Shown here in pieces: positions 9,501 through 18,587 of a DNA stretch of 64,000 nucleotides. The notes beneath the pieces are model-generated. The model was given only the letters and a program-made list of their open reading frames with translations. It had not been told where the DNA came from and did no database searches. This DNA is from Clostridia bacterium (lineage in GTDB: Bacteria > Bacillota > Clostridia > Oscillospirales > CAG-272): NCBI GenBank assembly GCA_017502875.1, contig JAFVUF010000012.1, forward strand, positions 23,388 to 87,387. The letters are read 5' to 3'. A program made the translations under genes and the position numbers. How positions within the stretch are numbered: the stretch's first letter is position 1; every line of letters starts with the position of its first letter.

Positions 9501-12163
9501 TGAACATAATCCTCAAAGCCGGCGGTTGTAACCATATCCGCCGAGGTTATGTTAGAGGGTTTAATGTTCTTTATGTCTACGTTAAGCTCGGGAGCCTCGG
9601 TTATATACACGGGCATATCCGAGTAATACATATACATGTTGTCAATATCAATGACCGTTGTTTTATCATCATGCCTTGTGAAATTAAGTCTGACAGCTTT
9701 GATGTAATCGTATTTCCAACCGGCAAACGGATTTGTCGCCACCTTTTTACCGTTTACGTAGATAACGTTTACACAATTCGCGAGATCGGAAACAACCGCG
9801 ATCCTGGTCCACTCCAGGCTGGTGATATTACCGACAACTGCGTTTCCAACCTTGATAGAGCCGTCAGTTTCAATAGAAAACAATGCATAGACTTCCGATC
9901 CGCTGATATAGCCGTTAGCGTTAAAGCCGCCGCATGTTTGATCACTGCTCAGCTGAGTAGGGAATTTTGCGTCAAGCTCAAAGACAACCGTCTTTCCGTG
10001 ATCGGTAACCGCGCCCCAGTCTATATACGCATGGGTATTAGTTCCCTCGGCAATCGCGGCAGACGGAATCATCGTTATTCTACCGTACTTCGTGCCATCG
10101 CTGCCGGACGGATGTTCAATTGCTCCTTGCCTTAATACGACACCGCTGCTAAGAACGCTGCTGTCCGCATATGTGGTTTTTAAGAGGTTAGATTCTCCAA
10201 TTTTCTCTACCATATCCTCATAGTTGGGATATTCTTTGTCAGGATAGATGTAATCCGTCTCTGTATAAGAGCAATCTCTGCACTTGGTTACAACTCCGTT
10301 GGATTCAATGTAGGAATAAAGCTTATGTCCGGTTTTGGGGTAAACCTTCGCGTCATACACCTCACCGCAACAAACGCATTTCGCTCTGTCATAGCCATCA
10401 TCAGTGCAGTTAGCGGGAAGTCTTTCAACAAATGTGTCTCCGAAGCTGTAATGACCGTAAGGCGGAATTATCGAATAAGGATCAACGTAATCCTCTCCGC
10501 AGAACCTACATTTACCCGAAACACATCCTTGCTGAACGCAGGTAACCTGTGTCTTAACGACGTCATCACCAAGCTGGTGATCGGTTTTGGAATCTTCATC
10601 TATTATAGTAAACACTATGCCGCAGTGAGCGCACGGTCCCGTTGCGTATCCGTCAGAGGTACAGGTAGGCTCAAATACGGTAGCGTCCTCGCCGTGTACA
10701 TGCTCAAGCACGGGCTCAGTCTGCTCGCCGTTCCTTATTCCGCAATCCTGGCATGTATATACATTGTAGCCTGCCTCATAGCAGGTAGCGGGAACGGAAA
10801 CTCCTTCATCCCATCTATGACCCTTGTTAGGTACGACGTTGGATATTTTCTGACCTCCGCAGCCCGGGCAGGTAGCGATGGTATAGCCATTAAGCACGCA
10901 ATCGGGGTTGTATGTAACTACGTTAGAGGTAAAATCGTGGTCGCTTTCGGTATGGGTAGCTGTCTCAACGGGGAGCCTATAGCTAATGTTATAGGTTTCA
11001 TTTGAGCCGCTGACAGTAAAGGTATGCACACCGTACGTAAAGTTAGTGTTATTTTCGGCTTTATTGTCAAATCCGTTCGGATAAGCGCCCGCGTAGAAAT
11101 AGATATCGTCGATACCGAACGTAGAAGCGCCGCTGTCGCTCATGTAAATATTTATGCCGGCAAGCAGGATACCGGTGAAGTAATTATCTGCGTATCTGAC
11201 CGGAGCGCTCGTTACAAGCTTGTCGTTGACGAATACCTCGTAAAGCATATCTCTGTCATTGAGCTTAAGAGATACCTTGACTCCGTTTGCGAAATCGTCC
11301 GCGCCGAGCTTATAAACCGCGCCATCACGGGTGCAGATAGTTTTCGCCTCGCTGTCATAGGTAAGGAAGATCATCGACTGATTCATCGACGCCTTGGCGC
11401 CTTCGAACATAACGAGATCTCCGGTGTTCTCTTCGTCAATTATATAACGCGCCTCAAAGATATAAGACTTACCGTAAACAACCGATCCCTCGGGAGAGAG
11501 CTTAACGCCCAGCTTACTGTCGCCGGTATATTCTTCGGGACGGGTAATGCTGACGTATGTATTGCTCTTATCGCCTACGGTAACGGTCTTAAATTCCGCC
11601 GCGTTCTGAACGTTACCCTTGTAGAGCTCAAGTCTCTGATAGCTAAGGTGAGACCTGTCGCCCTCCATATCCAGCTTAAGTCCAAGAAGCTTCTCAGAGG
11701 TAGAGTCGCATCTTACGCACTTTGCGATAGCGGAATATCCGTCGGCAGTGCTTACGTAATTTACGTACTCATGACCTAACGAGGAGCCGCGGAGAACCTC
11801 CTTCATCTCATCGCCGCAGGTGTCATAATTCTCGCAGCGAACTATGGTATGTCCGTCCTCCGTACAGGTTGCATCGTGAAGATAAACCTTAAGCGTGCTG
11901 TTGTACCTATGTCCCGAAGGGGGCTGGGACTCGTACTGCTCCTTAAAGCCGCACTTCTTACACTCACGTTCCCTTATCTCCGGATCCGTGCAGGTAAGCT
12001 CCTGAATTATCTCTCGCTTCTGCGGATTCTGCTCATGTCTCCATTCGTGTTCTCCCTCCGCGCACTTATCCTCTTCCTCTGTGTTATCACAGGCGGCGAG
12101 GACGAACGCTGATGAGACCATCAGAATAACAAGCAGCAATGCAAGTAACCGAATTTTTCTCAT
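6551..12163 (-). CDS. 1870-aa surface lipoprotein: Cys/His-rich repeats, putative beta-sandwich domains, C-terminal BspA-type leucine-rich repeats
   Basis: Signal peptide with lipobox LAAC; many ATCxxxG..CxxCG..LGH repeats; C-terminal IVIPS..GKPV, GAFRDCDKL.., AFFGCKKL LRR units. Confidence 0.85.
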   Translation of the reverse strand: MRKIRLLALLLVILMVSSAFVLAACDNTEEEDKCAEGEHEWRHEQNPQKREIIQELTCTDPEIRERECKKCGFKEQYESQPPSGHRYNSTLKVYLHDATCTEDGHTIVRCENYDTCGDEMKEVLRGSSLGHEYVNYVSTADGYSAIAKCVRCDSTSEKLLGLKLDMEGDRSHLSYQRLELYKGNVQNAAEFKTVTVGDKSNTYVSITRPEEYTGDSKLGVKLSPEGSVVYGKSYIFEARYIIDEENTGDLVMFEGAKASMNQSMIFLTYDSEAKTICTRDGAVYKLGADDFANGVKVSLKLNDRDMLYEVFVNDKLVTSAPVRYADNYFTGILLAGINIYMSDSGASTFGIDDIYFYAGAYPNGFDNKAENNTNFTYGVHTFTVSGSNETYNISYRLPVETATHTESDHDFTSNVVTYNPDCVLNGYTIATCPGCGGQKISNVVPNKGHRWDEGVSVPATCYEAGYNVYTCQDCGIRNGEQTEPVLEHVHGEDATVFEPTCTSDGYATGPCAHCGIVFTIIDEDSKTDHQLGDDVVKTQVTCVQQGCVSGKCRFCGEDYVDPYSIIPPYGHYSFGDTFVERLPANCTDDGYDRAKCVCCGEVYDAKVYPKTGHKLYSYIESNGVVTKCRDCSYTETDYIYPDKEYPNYEDMVEKIGESNLLKTTYADSSVLSSGVVLRQGAIEHPSGSDGTKYGRITMIPSAAIAEGTNTHAYIDWGAVTDHGKTVVFELDAKFPTQLSSDQTCGGFNANGYISGSEVYALFSIETDGSIKVGNAVVGNITSLEWTRIAVVSDLANCVNVIYVNGKKVATNPFAGWKYDYIKAVRLNFTRHDDKTTVIDIDNMYMYYSDMPVYITEAPELNVDIKNIKPSNITSADMVTTAGFEDYVQKIGGANFNHKSNAKLSLYDKNNDSVNDAFRYQYNANIPSVSTNGGNSYIQHEGFTNGGTYTFHTNITFTEVTGKIGIFKGRVENGGPNGSQTVEFPFLHYEYVGIEDGTNKPYGVIKTEDGGVLRRVYANETLDFYVVDNETAKTYDIYIDGEMVLDSYDYSYHDYAYPSSKLTYKILSQEGAAGNNIDILINEIDYFADYVTPSNYSGKTVGDKVVDGDINVVVKFDGTEKIAHLMSGNGIRVLGSTIANGYYYTEIEHSYLSLEKAPADALAEGNLRYVMIDPMGDEVTEGGIWVLSSNDHKTNGAKNIAFFDLNGAPINSNGNYDLTGYSEVVFRVYVKNKTQNGYNIQVNANNADDSVINGPVDNYSTGWHEISMPVNAGWNNIESLELMFSGMTTGAHTDTSCTDENCTNVEHFAPVDGLTVYLESITLVKADITLENTGYAVEGSPCAEHTFGEATVVEAVGCDGIGYTYKVCSECGYKEVTVVRGQGHTLELVATECVPANCDTNGKNVYKCTNEGCDYKTKEVTDALLHNYVRKDDATAEDGYVAATCTEGGVDVYVCVNENCSGYTCGESHSYNKFLVNTAPLGHKHDASATVTEADCYNDRYSVGECVVCHENVKITYEGTKLEHSMVTINTPADCVNDGSIVVKCDREGCDYVKSETVLPALGHDMPADYIVIFVDKSCTSYKGVQYNCRVCGEFVEEYEVELGKEPHVWGEFTIVEEETCGKNGHREAICQVCGAKKSVVGSEAEKQECVIPATGGHTYSEEYFYTNAADKTIEGIRYIPCTVCGQPKPDTTEKVPAIYEGTQGLEFTYNNNGAYVITGYEGNATEIVIPSTYSGKPVILGRVFADTDITSVVIPAGVKVADGAFRDCDKLVNVTLPADMTVLPAEIFYGCTALESIKLPENCAVISNGAFFGCKKLTTITINAVLTEVQQFAFSGTALTTVNYVSTVCPEVIISANGNDKLIKAKWIAE

Positions 12164-12261
12164 AATGGCTTGACCAATCCTTTCGTATCTTTACGAAGCT
12201 TTCCCAAGCGTTTAAAACTGCTACTCAGGGTGTTTTCGCAAATGTCATTTTGGTAATTCAT

Positions 12262-12290
12262 ATTATAGCATTATAATAAAGGTTTTTCAA
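12262..12290 (-). promoter_or_regulatory. sigmaA promoter of the lipoprotein gene
   Basis: TTGAAA-17-TATAAT with extended TG. Confidence 0.65.
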
Positions 12291-12517
12291 TGTATTTTTT
12301 CAATATCGCAATGTAAAAAAATGACATCGAAGTTTAGTTTTCACACATTCAACAAAGCAACTTTTTTATTTTAATGCACAATATACAAAAAGAACTGCTT
12401 TTCATACCTCAAAAAATTTTATTTTTTTTAACAAATCGGCGCAGAAGCTCAAAATTCATAGTAAATTAACATTATTCTTTAAAAAAATTCACCCGCATAT
12501 GTTAAAATCCTCTCTGT

Positions 12518-12540
12518 AAATTGAAACTCAGTTTCATTTT
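12518..12540. promoter_or_regulatory. putative Fur-family (Zur) operator
   Basis: Palindrome AAATTGAAACT-C-AGTTTCATTTT just downstream of TGTTAAAAT -10 (12500-12508) and upstream of the zur-znu genes. Confidence 0.65.
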
Positions 12541-12568
12541 CATCAAATTCACGAAAGGACACTCCATA

Positions 12569-12979
12569 ATGGAAGTCTATAAAACAAAGCAGCGAGAGCT
12601 TGTGCTTTCGTATCTTAAAGATAACAACAGGTGTATGTCCGCGGACGAAATAATAGCGGGACTGAGAGATAACGGACACGCCGTATCGAAAACCACAGTC
12701 TACCGTTGTCTTGAACTGTTTTCAAACGCAGGACAGGCGTCAAAATTTTTAAACAGCCAAGGAGAAAGCGCGGTATACCGTTACAGTGGGGGACACGATA
12801 GCCATTTTCATCTGAAATGCACCGAATGTAACAAAACCGTATGCGCTGATTGCGGATTCATCAACCGTATGCAAGAGCACTTCTACAACCATCACGGTTT
12901 TACGGTCAGTAAAACTCACACCGTCATTTACGGGCTTTGCCGAGACTGCGGTAGGTCCAAAGGGGAGACATCGGAATGA
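12569..12979 (+). CDS. Fur-family regulator, probably Zur
   Basis: TKQRELVL, TTVYRCL, HFHLKCTECNK, CRDC; heads a metal ABC operon; start at MEVYK after AAGGA. Confidence 0.9.
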   Translation: MEVYKTKQRELVLSYLKDNNRCMSADEIIAGLRDNGHAVSKTTVYRCLELFSNAGQASKFLNSQGESAVYRYSGGHDSHFHLKCTECNKTVCADCGFINRMQEHFYNHHGFTVSKTHTVIYGLCRDCGRSKGETSE

Positions 12980-13980
12980 AAAAGCCTTTCATAGTTTTTC
13001 TGATAATGCTCCTTGCGATTTTTCCTCTCGCCGCATGCGAAGGAAACAGCTTTTACACCTCGGGGGACGGCGAGCTGAAAATAGTTACCACAGTATTCGT
13101 TCCATTTGACATAGCGCGGGAAGTAACGGGCGGACGGGCAAGTATAACGCTTCTGCAATCAAACGGAGCTGACCTTCACGACTACTCCCCCACCGCCTCG
13201 GCTCTTACCGAGCTTAACGAAGCGGATATCTTCATCTGCGTCGGAGGAGTAACTGATGAAACGTGGGTGGACGATGCCGTCGCAGCGTCTGAAAACGCCA
13301 ATTTGACCGTAATCAAGCTTACCGAGCTTTGTCAAGGACTGCTCGCCGAGCTTGAAGGACATTCCCATAACGAATACTGCGAGCAGGCTCACGGACATTC
13401 CCACGGGCATGAGCACGAGCACGGGCATACCGCAAACGACGGACACGGGCACGTTTCCGACGAGCACGTATGGACGTCTATAAGGAACGTCGTCAGTCTC
13501 ACATCGGCAGTCGCGGACGCCTGCGCCGAAAAGGACGGAGCAAACGCCGAATTCTATAAAGAAAACGCCGAGCGCTACAAAGAGAAGCTCAGTGAGCTTG
13601 ACGCCCGTTACAAGCAAGTAACGCAAGCCTCGCATAACAAAACCGCGGTCTTTGCGGACCGTTTCCCGTTCATATACCTCACGTCCGACTACGGATTATG
13701 CCACTACGCCGCGTTCAGCGGCTGTTCAAGCGAAACCGACGCAAGCTTCGCCACCGCGGTTAAGCTTATCTCCGCAGTAAGAGATAACTCGCTTGACTGC
13801 GTATTCGTAACCGAAAACACCGACGGTAAGCTCGCAAGCAGCGTTTCCGACGCCACAGGCTGCAAAATACTCGAATTAAACTCGCTCCAATCCGTTACCG
13901 CCAAGCAGATAGACGGCGGTCTCACCTACCTTGGCGCAATGGAGCAAAACCTATCTCAGCTCCAAAAGGGGCTTTCGTGA
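12976..13980 (+). CDS. znuA: Zn/Mn ABC transporter substrate-binding lipoprotein (ZnuA-like)
   Basis: Lipobox LAAC, DLHDYSP, His-rich loop, DEHVWTS. Confidence 0.85.
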   Translation: MKKPFIVFLIMLLAIFPLAACEGNSFYTSGDGELKIVTTVFVPFDIAREVTGGRASITLLQSNGADLHDYSPTASALTELNEADIFICVGGVTDETWVDDAVAASENANLTVIKLTELCQGLLAELEGHSHNEYCEQAHGHSHGHEHEHGHTANDGHGHVSDEHVWTSIRNVVSLTSAVADACAEKDGANAEFYKENAERYKEKLSELDARYKQVTQASHNKTAVFADRFPFIYLTSDYGLCHYAAFSGCSSETDASFATAVKLISAVRDNSLDCVFVTENTDGKLASSVSDATGCKILELNSLQSVTAKQIDGGLTYLGAMEQNLSQLQKGLS

Positions 13981-14002
13981 AATAAAAATTAAGGACAGAA
14001 AT

Positions 14003-14770
14003 ATGCCACTGATAGAATGTAAAAATCTTACCCTCGGTTACGAGGGAAAAACCGTGCTTGAGGGAGTAGATCTCCAAGTCAACCGAGGCGATTACCTATG
14101 TATAGTCGGAGAAAACGGCTCTGGCAAAAGCACGCTTATGAAAGCCCTGCTCGGCTTAAAGGCGGCAAGCGGCGGCTCGCTCGTCTACGGAGACGGATTA
14201 AAAAAGAACGGTATAGGCTACCTTCCCCAGCAGACAACAATACAGAAGGACTTCCCAGCGTCCGTTTACGAGGTCGTCCTCTCAGGCTGCCTTGGAAAGC
14301 GAGGACTGCTCCCGTTTTTCTCCGCCGAGCAAAAACGCCTTGCCAAAGAAAATATGAAAAGGCTCGGTATATCCGATATAGCAGAAAAATGCTACCGCGA
14401 GCTTTCAGGAGGTCAGCAGCAAAGAGTTCTGCTCGCAAGGGCGCTCTGCGCCTCGTCCGACCTGCTCCTTCTCGACGAGCCGGTTTCAGGCCTTGACCCC
14501 GTGGTAACGAATGAGCTTTACGCTCTCATTTCCGACCTCAACCGCGAGGGCTTAACGGTAATAATGATATCTCACGATATTGCCGCCGCGGTTGCCGACG
14601 CAACCCATATTCTGCACCTCAGCCACACGGCCCTGTTCTTCGGAACTACCGAAAAATACCTTGACAGCGAAATAGGCAGAAGGTTCGCAAAACGGACAAT
14701 TTCAGCAATTAATAACTACACAAATAACATTATTGGCAACAAAGGAGGAAAGCACAGATGGAAGCACTGA
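14003..14770 (+). CDS. znuC: metal ABC transporter ATP-binding protein
   Basis: GENGSGKST, LSGGQQQR, LLDEP; start at MPLIE. Confidence 0.85.
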   Translation: MPLIECKNLTLGYEGKTVLEGVDLQVNRGDYLCIVGENGSGKSTLMKALLGLKAASGGSLVYGDGLKKNGIGYLPQQTTIQKDFPASVYEVVLSGCLGKRGLLPFFSAEQKRLAKENMKRLGISDIAEKCYRELSGGQQQRVLLARALCASSDLLLLDEPVSGLDPVVTNELYALISDLNREGLTVIMISHDIAAAVADATHILHLSHTALFFGTTEKYLDSEIGRRFAKRTISAINNYTNNIIGNKGGKHRWKH

Positions 14771-15594
14771 TAAGCTATTACAAGACCTTTCCCGTAGTGC
14801 GCTACTCCACAGTAGTCATAATCCTCGTCTCGCTCTGCGCCGCCCTGCTCGGCGTCAGCCTGGTGCTCAAACGCTTTTCGATGATAGGAGACGGGCTTTC
14901 TCACGTCGCCTTCGGAGCCACCGCGATAGCGGCGGCGGCAGGCTTTGCGCCTCTCTACGTCGCCCTGCCCGTTACCGTAATCGCCGCGGTTCTGCTGCTC
15001 GGAGTAAAGAGCAGTAAAATAATGGGCGACGCCGCGATAGCCATGATATCCGCGGGCGCGCTTGCGGTAGGGTATCTTATGCTAAACCTCTTTCCGTCAA
15101 ACGCCTCGACAATAGCGGGAGACGCCTGCACGACACTTTTCGGCTCGTCAAGCATAATCGGAATAGGCGTAACCGACGTTATCGTCTGCTCCGTTCTCGC
15201 CGCCGCGGTCATATTCATCTTTATATTCTTCTATCACAAGATTTTCGCGATAACCTTCGACGAGGGCTTCGCTACCGCAACCGGAACGAAGGCGAGAGTC
15301 TATAACACCTTGCTTGCGGCGGTAACGGGAATAGTCATCGTGCTTGCTATGAAAATGGTCGGAGCGCTTCTTATTTCAGCTCTGATAACCTTTCCGGCGC
15401 TTTCGGCAATGAGAGTATTCAAAACCTTCAAAAAGGTGGTTGTCTGCTCGGCTATCATCTCTGTAAGCTGTGCGCTTCTTGGAATAATCGTATGCATTAC
15501 CGCCTCGACTCCGATAGGACCAACCATAGCCGTAGCCAATATTCTGGTATTTGCGGGCTTCTTTACCGCGGGTAAGCTGATAGAGAAAAAATGA
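14758..15594 (+). CDS. znuB: metal ABC transporter permease
   Basis: SMIGDGLSHVAF, MKMVGALLISAL; multiple hydrophobic segments. Confidence 0.85.
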   Translation: MEALISYYKTFPVVRYSTVVIILVSLCAALLGVSLVLKRFSMIGDGLSHVAFGATAIAAAAGFAPLYVALPVTVIAAVLLLGVKSSKIMGDAAIAMISAGALAVGYLMLNLFPSNASTIAGDACTTLFGSSSIIGIGVTDVIVCSVLAAAVIFIFIFFYHKIFAITFDEGFATATGTKARVYNTLLAAVTGIVIVLAMKMVGALLISALITFPALSAMRVFKTFKKVVVCSAIISVSCALLGIIVCITASTPIGPTIAVANILVFAGFFTAGKLIEKK

Positions 15595-15627
15595 CATAAT
15601 GTTGCTATTTTCCAAAAAATAATACGA

Positions 15628-15657
15628 CAAAAGCAGGTGTTTTTACACCTGCTTTTG
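15628..15657. terminator. bidirectional terminator
   Basis: CAAAAGCAGGTGT/ACACCTGCTTTTG hairpin between convergent genes. Confidence 0.85.
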
Positions 15658-15706
15658 ATTTATAAATTCACTCGCAATATTTATAGCTCGGCTTATGTTT
15701 TAAGCG

Positions 15707-16612
15707 TCAAATGAGTGCGGTGTCATATCCGTTACGAACAGTCGCGTCCGTCTCAGTCGCCTCGCCCGCAAACGCCTCATACTCGGTAACGTCAAGCACC
15801 GTTTCTCCGTCTATCTGCACAGCGGCAGGACGGTCAAATACTACCTTAATGCTCTTACCCTTATGTACCGCGACCATTTTTTCGTGTTTTACATGCTCGC
15901 CCTTGAATATACTTGGAAAGACGGCAAGCGTCTTAATCTTGCTTTTACAGAACATCAGCATAACTGAAAGCTCTCCGTCCGCGCTTTTCCTGTCCTGCTC
16001 AGGCGTAGGCATCATTCCGCCGCCGTAAAAGCGTCCCTTCATCGTAGGCGCAAGCCACACGTTTTCATACCTGTACGTTACCCCGTCAATCGTAACCGTA
16101 GCGCCGGTAGGCTTGTAGTGAAAAAGAAGTCCCTTTATCGCTATCGCGGTGTAATTTACGGGCTTATCCGATTCCGTTTTCAGTCTGTCTCCCACCTCGC
16201 AGCAGTAGCCGTCAATACCGAAGCCGACGTTGTTTAAAAAGCGGTACGTTTTTCCCTTGACCTTAACCGTAGGAAGCCCGATTAGGTATTTAGTTACGTC
16301 AATAGGGTCTCCCGCCTCGCCATCGCTTATGTCATGCAGAAAATCGTTACCGGTTCCGCACGCGTGATAAAAAATCCGACAGCGTATGTCTATTCCCTCG
16401 GTGTTGTTTACGAAGCGGTTCAGCGTTCCGTCGCCTCCGCAAATTATAACGGTGTCCTCCTCTTTAAGCTCCGAAAAAAACGCGCTATAATCCTCTATCC
16501 CCGTAATATCGAGCAGCTCAGCCTCTCCGCCGTAGTATTTAGCGAGTAGCTCGCTGTCCTCCTCGCTTTTTCCTCTTCCCGACAGCGGATTAAACAGAAT
16601 ATACCTTTTCAT
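15707..16612 (-). CDS. diacylglycerol/lipid kinase family protein (DAGK/YegS-like)
   Basis: FNPLSG, GGDGTLN, GTGNDF, GFGIDG, QIDGE; start at MKRYI after GGAGAGG. Confidence 0.9.
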   Translation of the reverse strand: MKRYILFNPLSGRGKSEEDSELLAKYYGGEAELLDITGIEDYSAFFSELKEEDTVIICGGDGTLNRFVNNTEGIDIRCRIFYHACGTGNDFLHDISDGEAGDPIDVTKYLIGLPTVKVKGKTYRFLNNVGFGIDGYCCEVGDRLKTESDKPVNYTAIAIKGLLFHYKPTGATVTIDGVTYRYENVWLAPTMKGRFYGGGMMPTPEQDRKSADGELSVMLMFCKSKIKTLAVFPSIFKGEHVKHEKMVAVHKGKSIKVVFDRPAAVQIDGETVLDVTEYEAFAGEATETDATVRNGYDTALI

Positions 16613-16666
16613 CTGACGCCCTCTCCTCCAAGATAAGCTTTGTTTTTTAATTTTACCCCCCTTAAC

Positions 16667-16683
16667 TAAACTGAAAATAAACT
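16667..16683 (-). promoter_or_regulatory. OmpR-type direct-repeat box at the -35 position of the DAGK gene
   Basis: AGTTTATTTTCAGTTTA on the minus strand, identical to 16762-16778; TAAAAT -10 at 16650-16655. Confidence 0.65.
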
Positions 16684-16718
16684 TTTTTCGACAATTTTTT
16701 CTATTTTTCTGCAATCGC

Positions 16719-16747
16719 TTGATTAAAAAGAGGCTTGGTGTTATAAT
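16719..16747 (+). promoter_or_regulatory. sigmaA promoter of the two-component operon
   Basis: TTGATT-17-TATAAT with extended TG. Confidence 0.7.
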
Positions 16748-16760
16748 ATAGTGGTAAAAG

Positions 16761-16782
16761 CAGTTTATTTTCAGTTTATATA
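16761..16782 (+). promoter_or_regulatory. OmpR-type direct-repeat box downstream of the TCS promoter
   Basis: CAGTTTAT repeated with an 11-bp period (16761, 16772). Confidence 0.65.
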
Positions 16783-16821
16783 AATGCCGTATCATTTAAA
16801 AAAACGAAAGGGAGAAGAAGC

Positions 16822-17496
16822 GTGTTCCATATTTTAGTAGCAGACGACGACAAAAACACCCGTCTTTATCTGAAAGCCGTGTTAAATAAAGCGGGCTATA
16901 CCGTTTCCGTGGCGGAAAACGGCGAGCAGGCGCTTGAAATAATGGAAAAAGAGCATATAGACCTGGCATTGCTTGATATAATGATGCCGAAAATGGACGG
17001 CTATGAATTTACAAAAACTCTACGCGAGGCGCAGAGCAGCCTTCCCATACTTATGGTATCGGCAAAGCAGCTTCCCGAAGATAAGCACAGAGGCTTTTCC
17101 GTCGGCACAGACGACTATATGGTCAAGCCGATAGACGAGGAGGAAATGCTGTATCGCATAAAGGCGCTGCTTCGCAGAGCCAGAATTGAAAGCGAGCGAA
17201 AAATAGTAATCGGAAATGTAACCGTAGATTTTGATTCTATGACGGTTACGGGGAACGGACAGATACAGGAGCTTCCGCAAAAGGAATTTCTGCTACTTTA
17301 CAAGCTGCTCTCATACCCCGGAAAGATATTCACCCGCATACAGCTTATGGACGAGATATGGGGAATGGACAGCAGTACAGGCTGGGAAACCGTAACCGTA
17401 CATATAGGCAGACTCCGCAAGCGCTTTGAGGGCTGGAAGGAATTCGAAATAGAATCGGTACGCGGACTTGGATACAAGGCGGTGAAAAAGCTATGA
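16822..17496 (+). CDS. OmpR-family response regulator (HssR-like)
   Basis: ILVADDD, LLDIMMP, DDYMVKP, FTRIQLMDEIWG, TVTVHIGRLR, VRGLGYK. Confidence 0.92.
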   Translation: MFHILVADDDKNTRLYLKAVLNKAGYTVSVAENGEQALEIMEKEHIDLALLDIMMPKMDGYEFTKTLREAQSSLPILMVSAKQLPEDKHRGFSVGTDDYMVKPIDEEEMLYRIKALLRRARIESERKIVIGNVTVDFDSMTVTGNGQIQELPQKEFLLLYKLLSYPGKIFTRIQLMDEIWGMDSSTGWETVTVHIGRLRKRFEGWKEFEIESVRGLGYKAVKKL

Positions 17497-18566
17497 AGGA
17501 AAAAAGACTTGACAGAAAGCAGAGATTTTCACTTACGCTTCTCTTTTCCGCCGTTGTCTTCATTATACTTCTCGTGGCTATATCTCTGGCGGCGCTCGCA
17601 GTCGGGCTTCTGTTTCATTTCAAGGTTATAGGCGGCGGATATGACTCAATAAAAATCAGCGATATAATAATTTTCATGGCGCTGATAAGCGCTATTCTCG
17701 GAATAGCGATAACCTTCCTCGCCGTAAAATTCCCGCTTCGCCCCATAAACACCCTGATAAATAAAATGAACGCCTTAGCGGCGGGCAACTACAACACCAG
17801 ACTTGAATACAAGGGAGTAATAGACGCAATTCCCGGCTTTAACGAGCTGACCGAAAGCTTTAATAAGCTCGCAGGTGAGCTTGATAGCACCGAAATGCTC
17901 CGAAGCGACTTCATAAATAACTTTTCTCACGAATTCAAAACGCCGATAGTATCTATATCGGGGCTTGCGAGGCTTCTGAAAAACGCGGAGCTGACCGACG
18001 AGGAAAAAAAGCAGTATATAGACGCAATCGACGAGGAGGCGACACGCCTTTCAAGCATGGCGACAAACGTCCTCAGTCTCACCAAGGTCGAAAGCCAAGC
18101 CATACTAAGCTCGGTCAGCAGCTATAACATCTCCGAGCAGCTGCGCTCCTGCCTGCTTCTTCTGGAAAGCAAATGGTCAAAAAAGAACATTGAGCTGCAA
18201 ATAGAGCTTGAAGAATATCAGATAGAGGCAAATGAGGAGCTGCTAAAACAGGTGTTTATAAACCTCATAGACAACGCGGTGAAATTTTCTCCGAGGTGCG
18301 CTACGGTTGCTATTGACATAACGGATACCGAAGATGAGATAACCGTTTCCGTAAGCAATACGGGGAGCGAGATACCGCCGGATAAGATAGATAAGATATT
18401 CGGAAAATTCTATCAGGCGGAGGAATCTCATTCGGGCGAGGGCAACGGAGTAGGACTTGCGATAGTCAAGCGCATAGTCGAGCTTCACAAGGGAAGCGTC
18501 GCGGTAAAAAGCGGAAACGGTCTGACCGTTTTCAGCGTAAGGCTCCCCAAAAAACAAAGCGTATAA
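17493..18566 (+). CDS. HAMP sensor histidine kinase (HssS-like; two TM segments with a short loop)
   Basis: FSHEFKTP H-box, NLIDNAVKF, GNGVGLAI. Confidence 0.92.
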   Translation: MKEKRLDRKQRFSLTLLFSAVVFIILLVAISLAALAVGLLFHFKVIGGGYDSIKISDIIIFMALISAILGIAITFLAVKFPLRPINTLINKMNALAAGNYNTRLEYKGVIDAIPGFNELTESFNKLAGELDSTEMLRSDFINNFSHEFKTPIVSISGLARLLKNAELTDEEKKQYIDAIDEEATRLSSMATNVLSLTKVESQAILSSVSSYNISEQLRSCLLLLESKWSKKNIELQIELEEYQIEANEELLKQVFINLIDNAVKFSPRCATVAIDITDTEDEITVSVSNTGSEIPPDKIDKIFGKFYQAEESHSGEGNGVGLAIVKRIVELHKGSVAVKSGNGLTVFSVRLPKKQSV

Positions 18567-18587
18567 AGGATAATTAAGGTCTAAGCA

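Noticed and set aside
7193-11779. Long plus-strand ORFs opposite the lipoprotein (also 31149-32330, 40135-41127, 59128-60708, 61135-62640)
   Set aside because: Antisense shadows of well-supported genes caused by codon bias; no recognisable motifs
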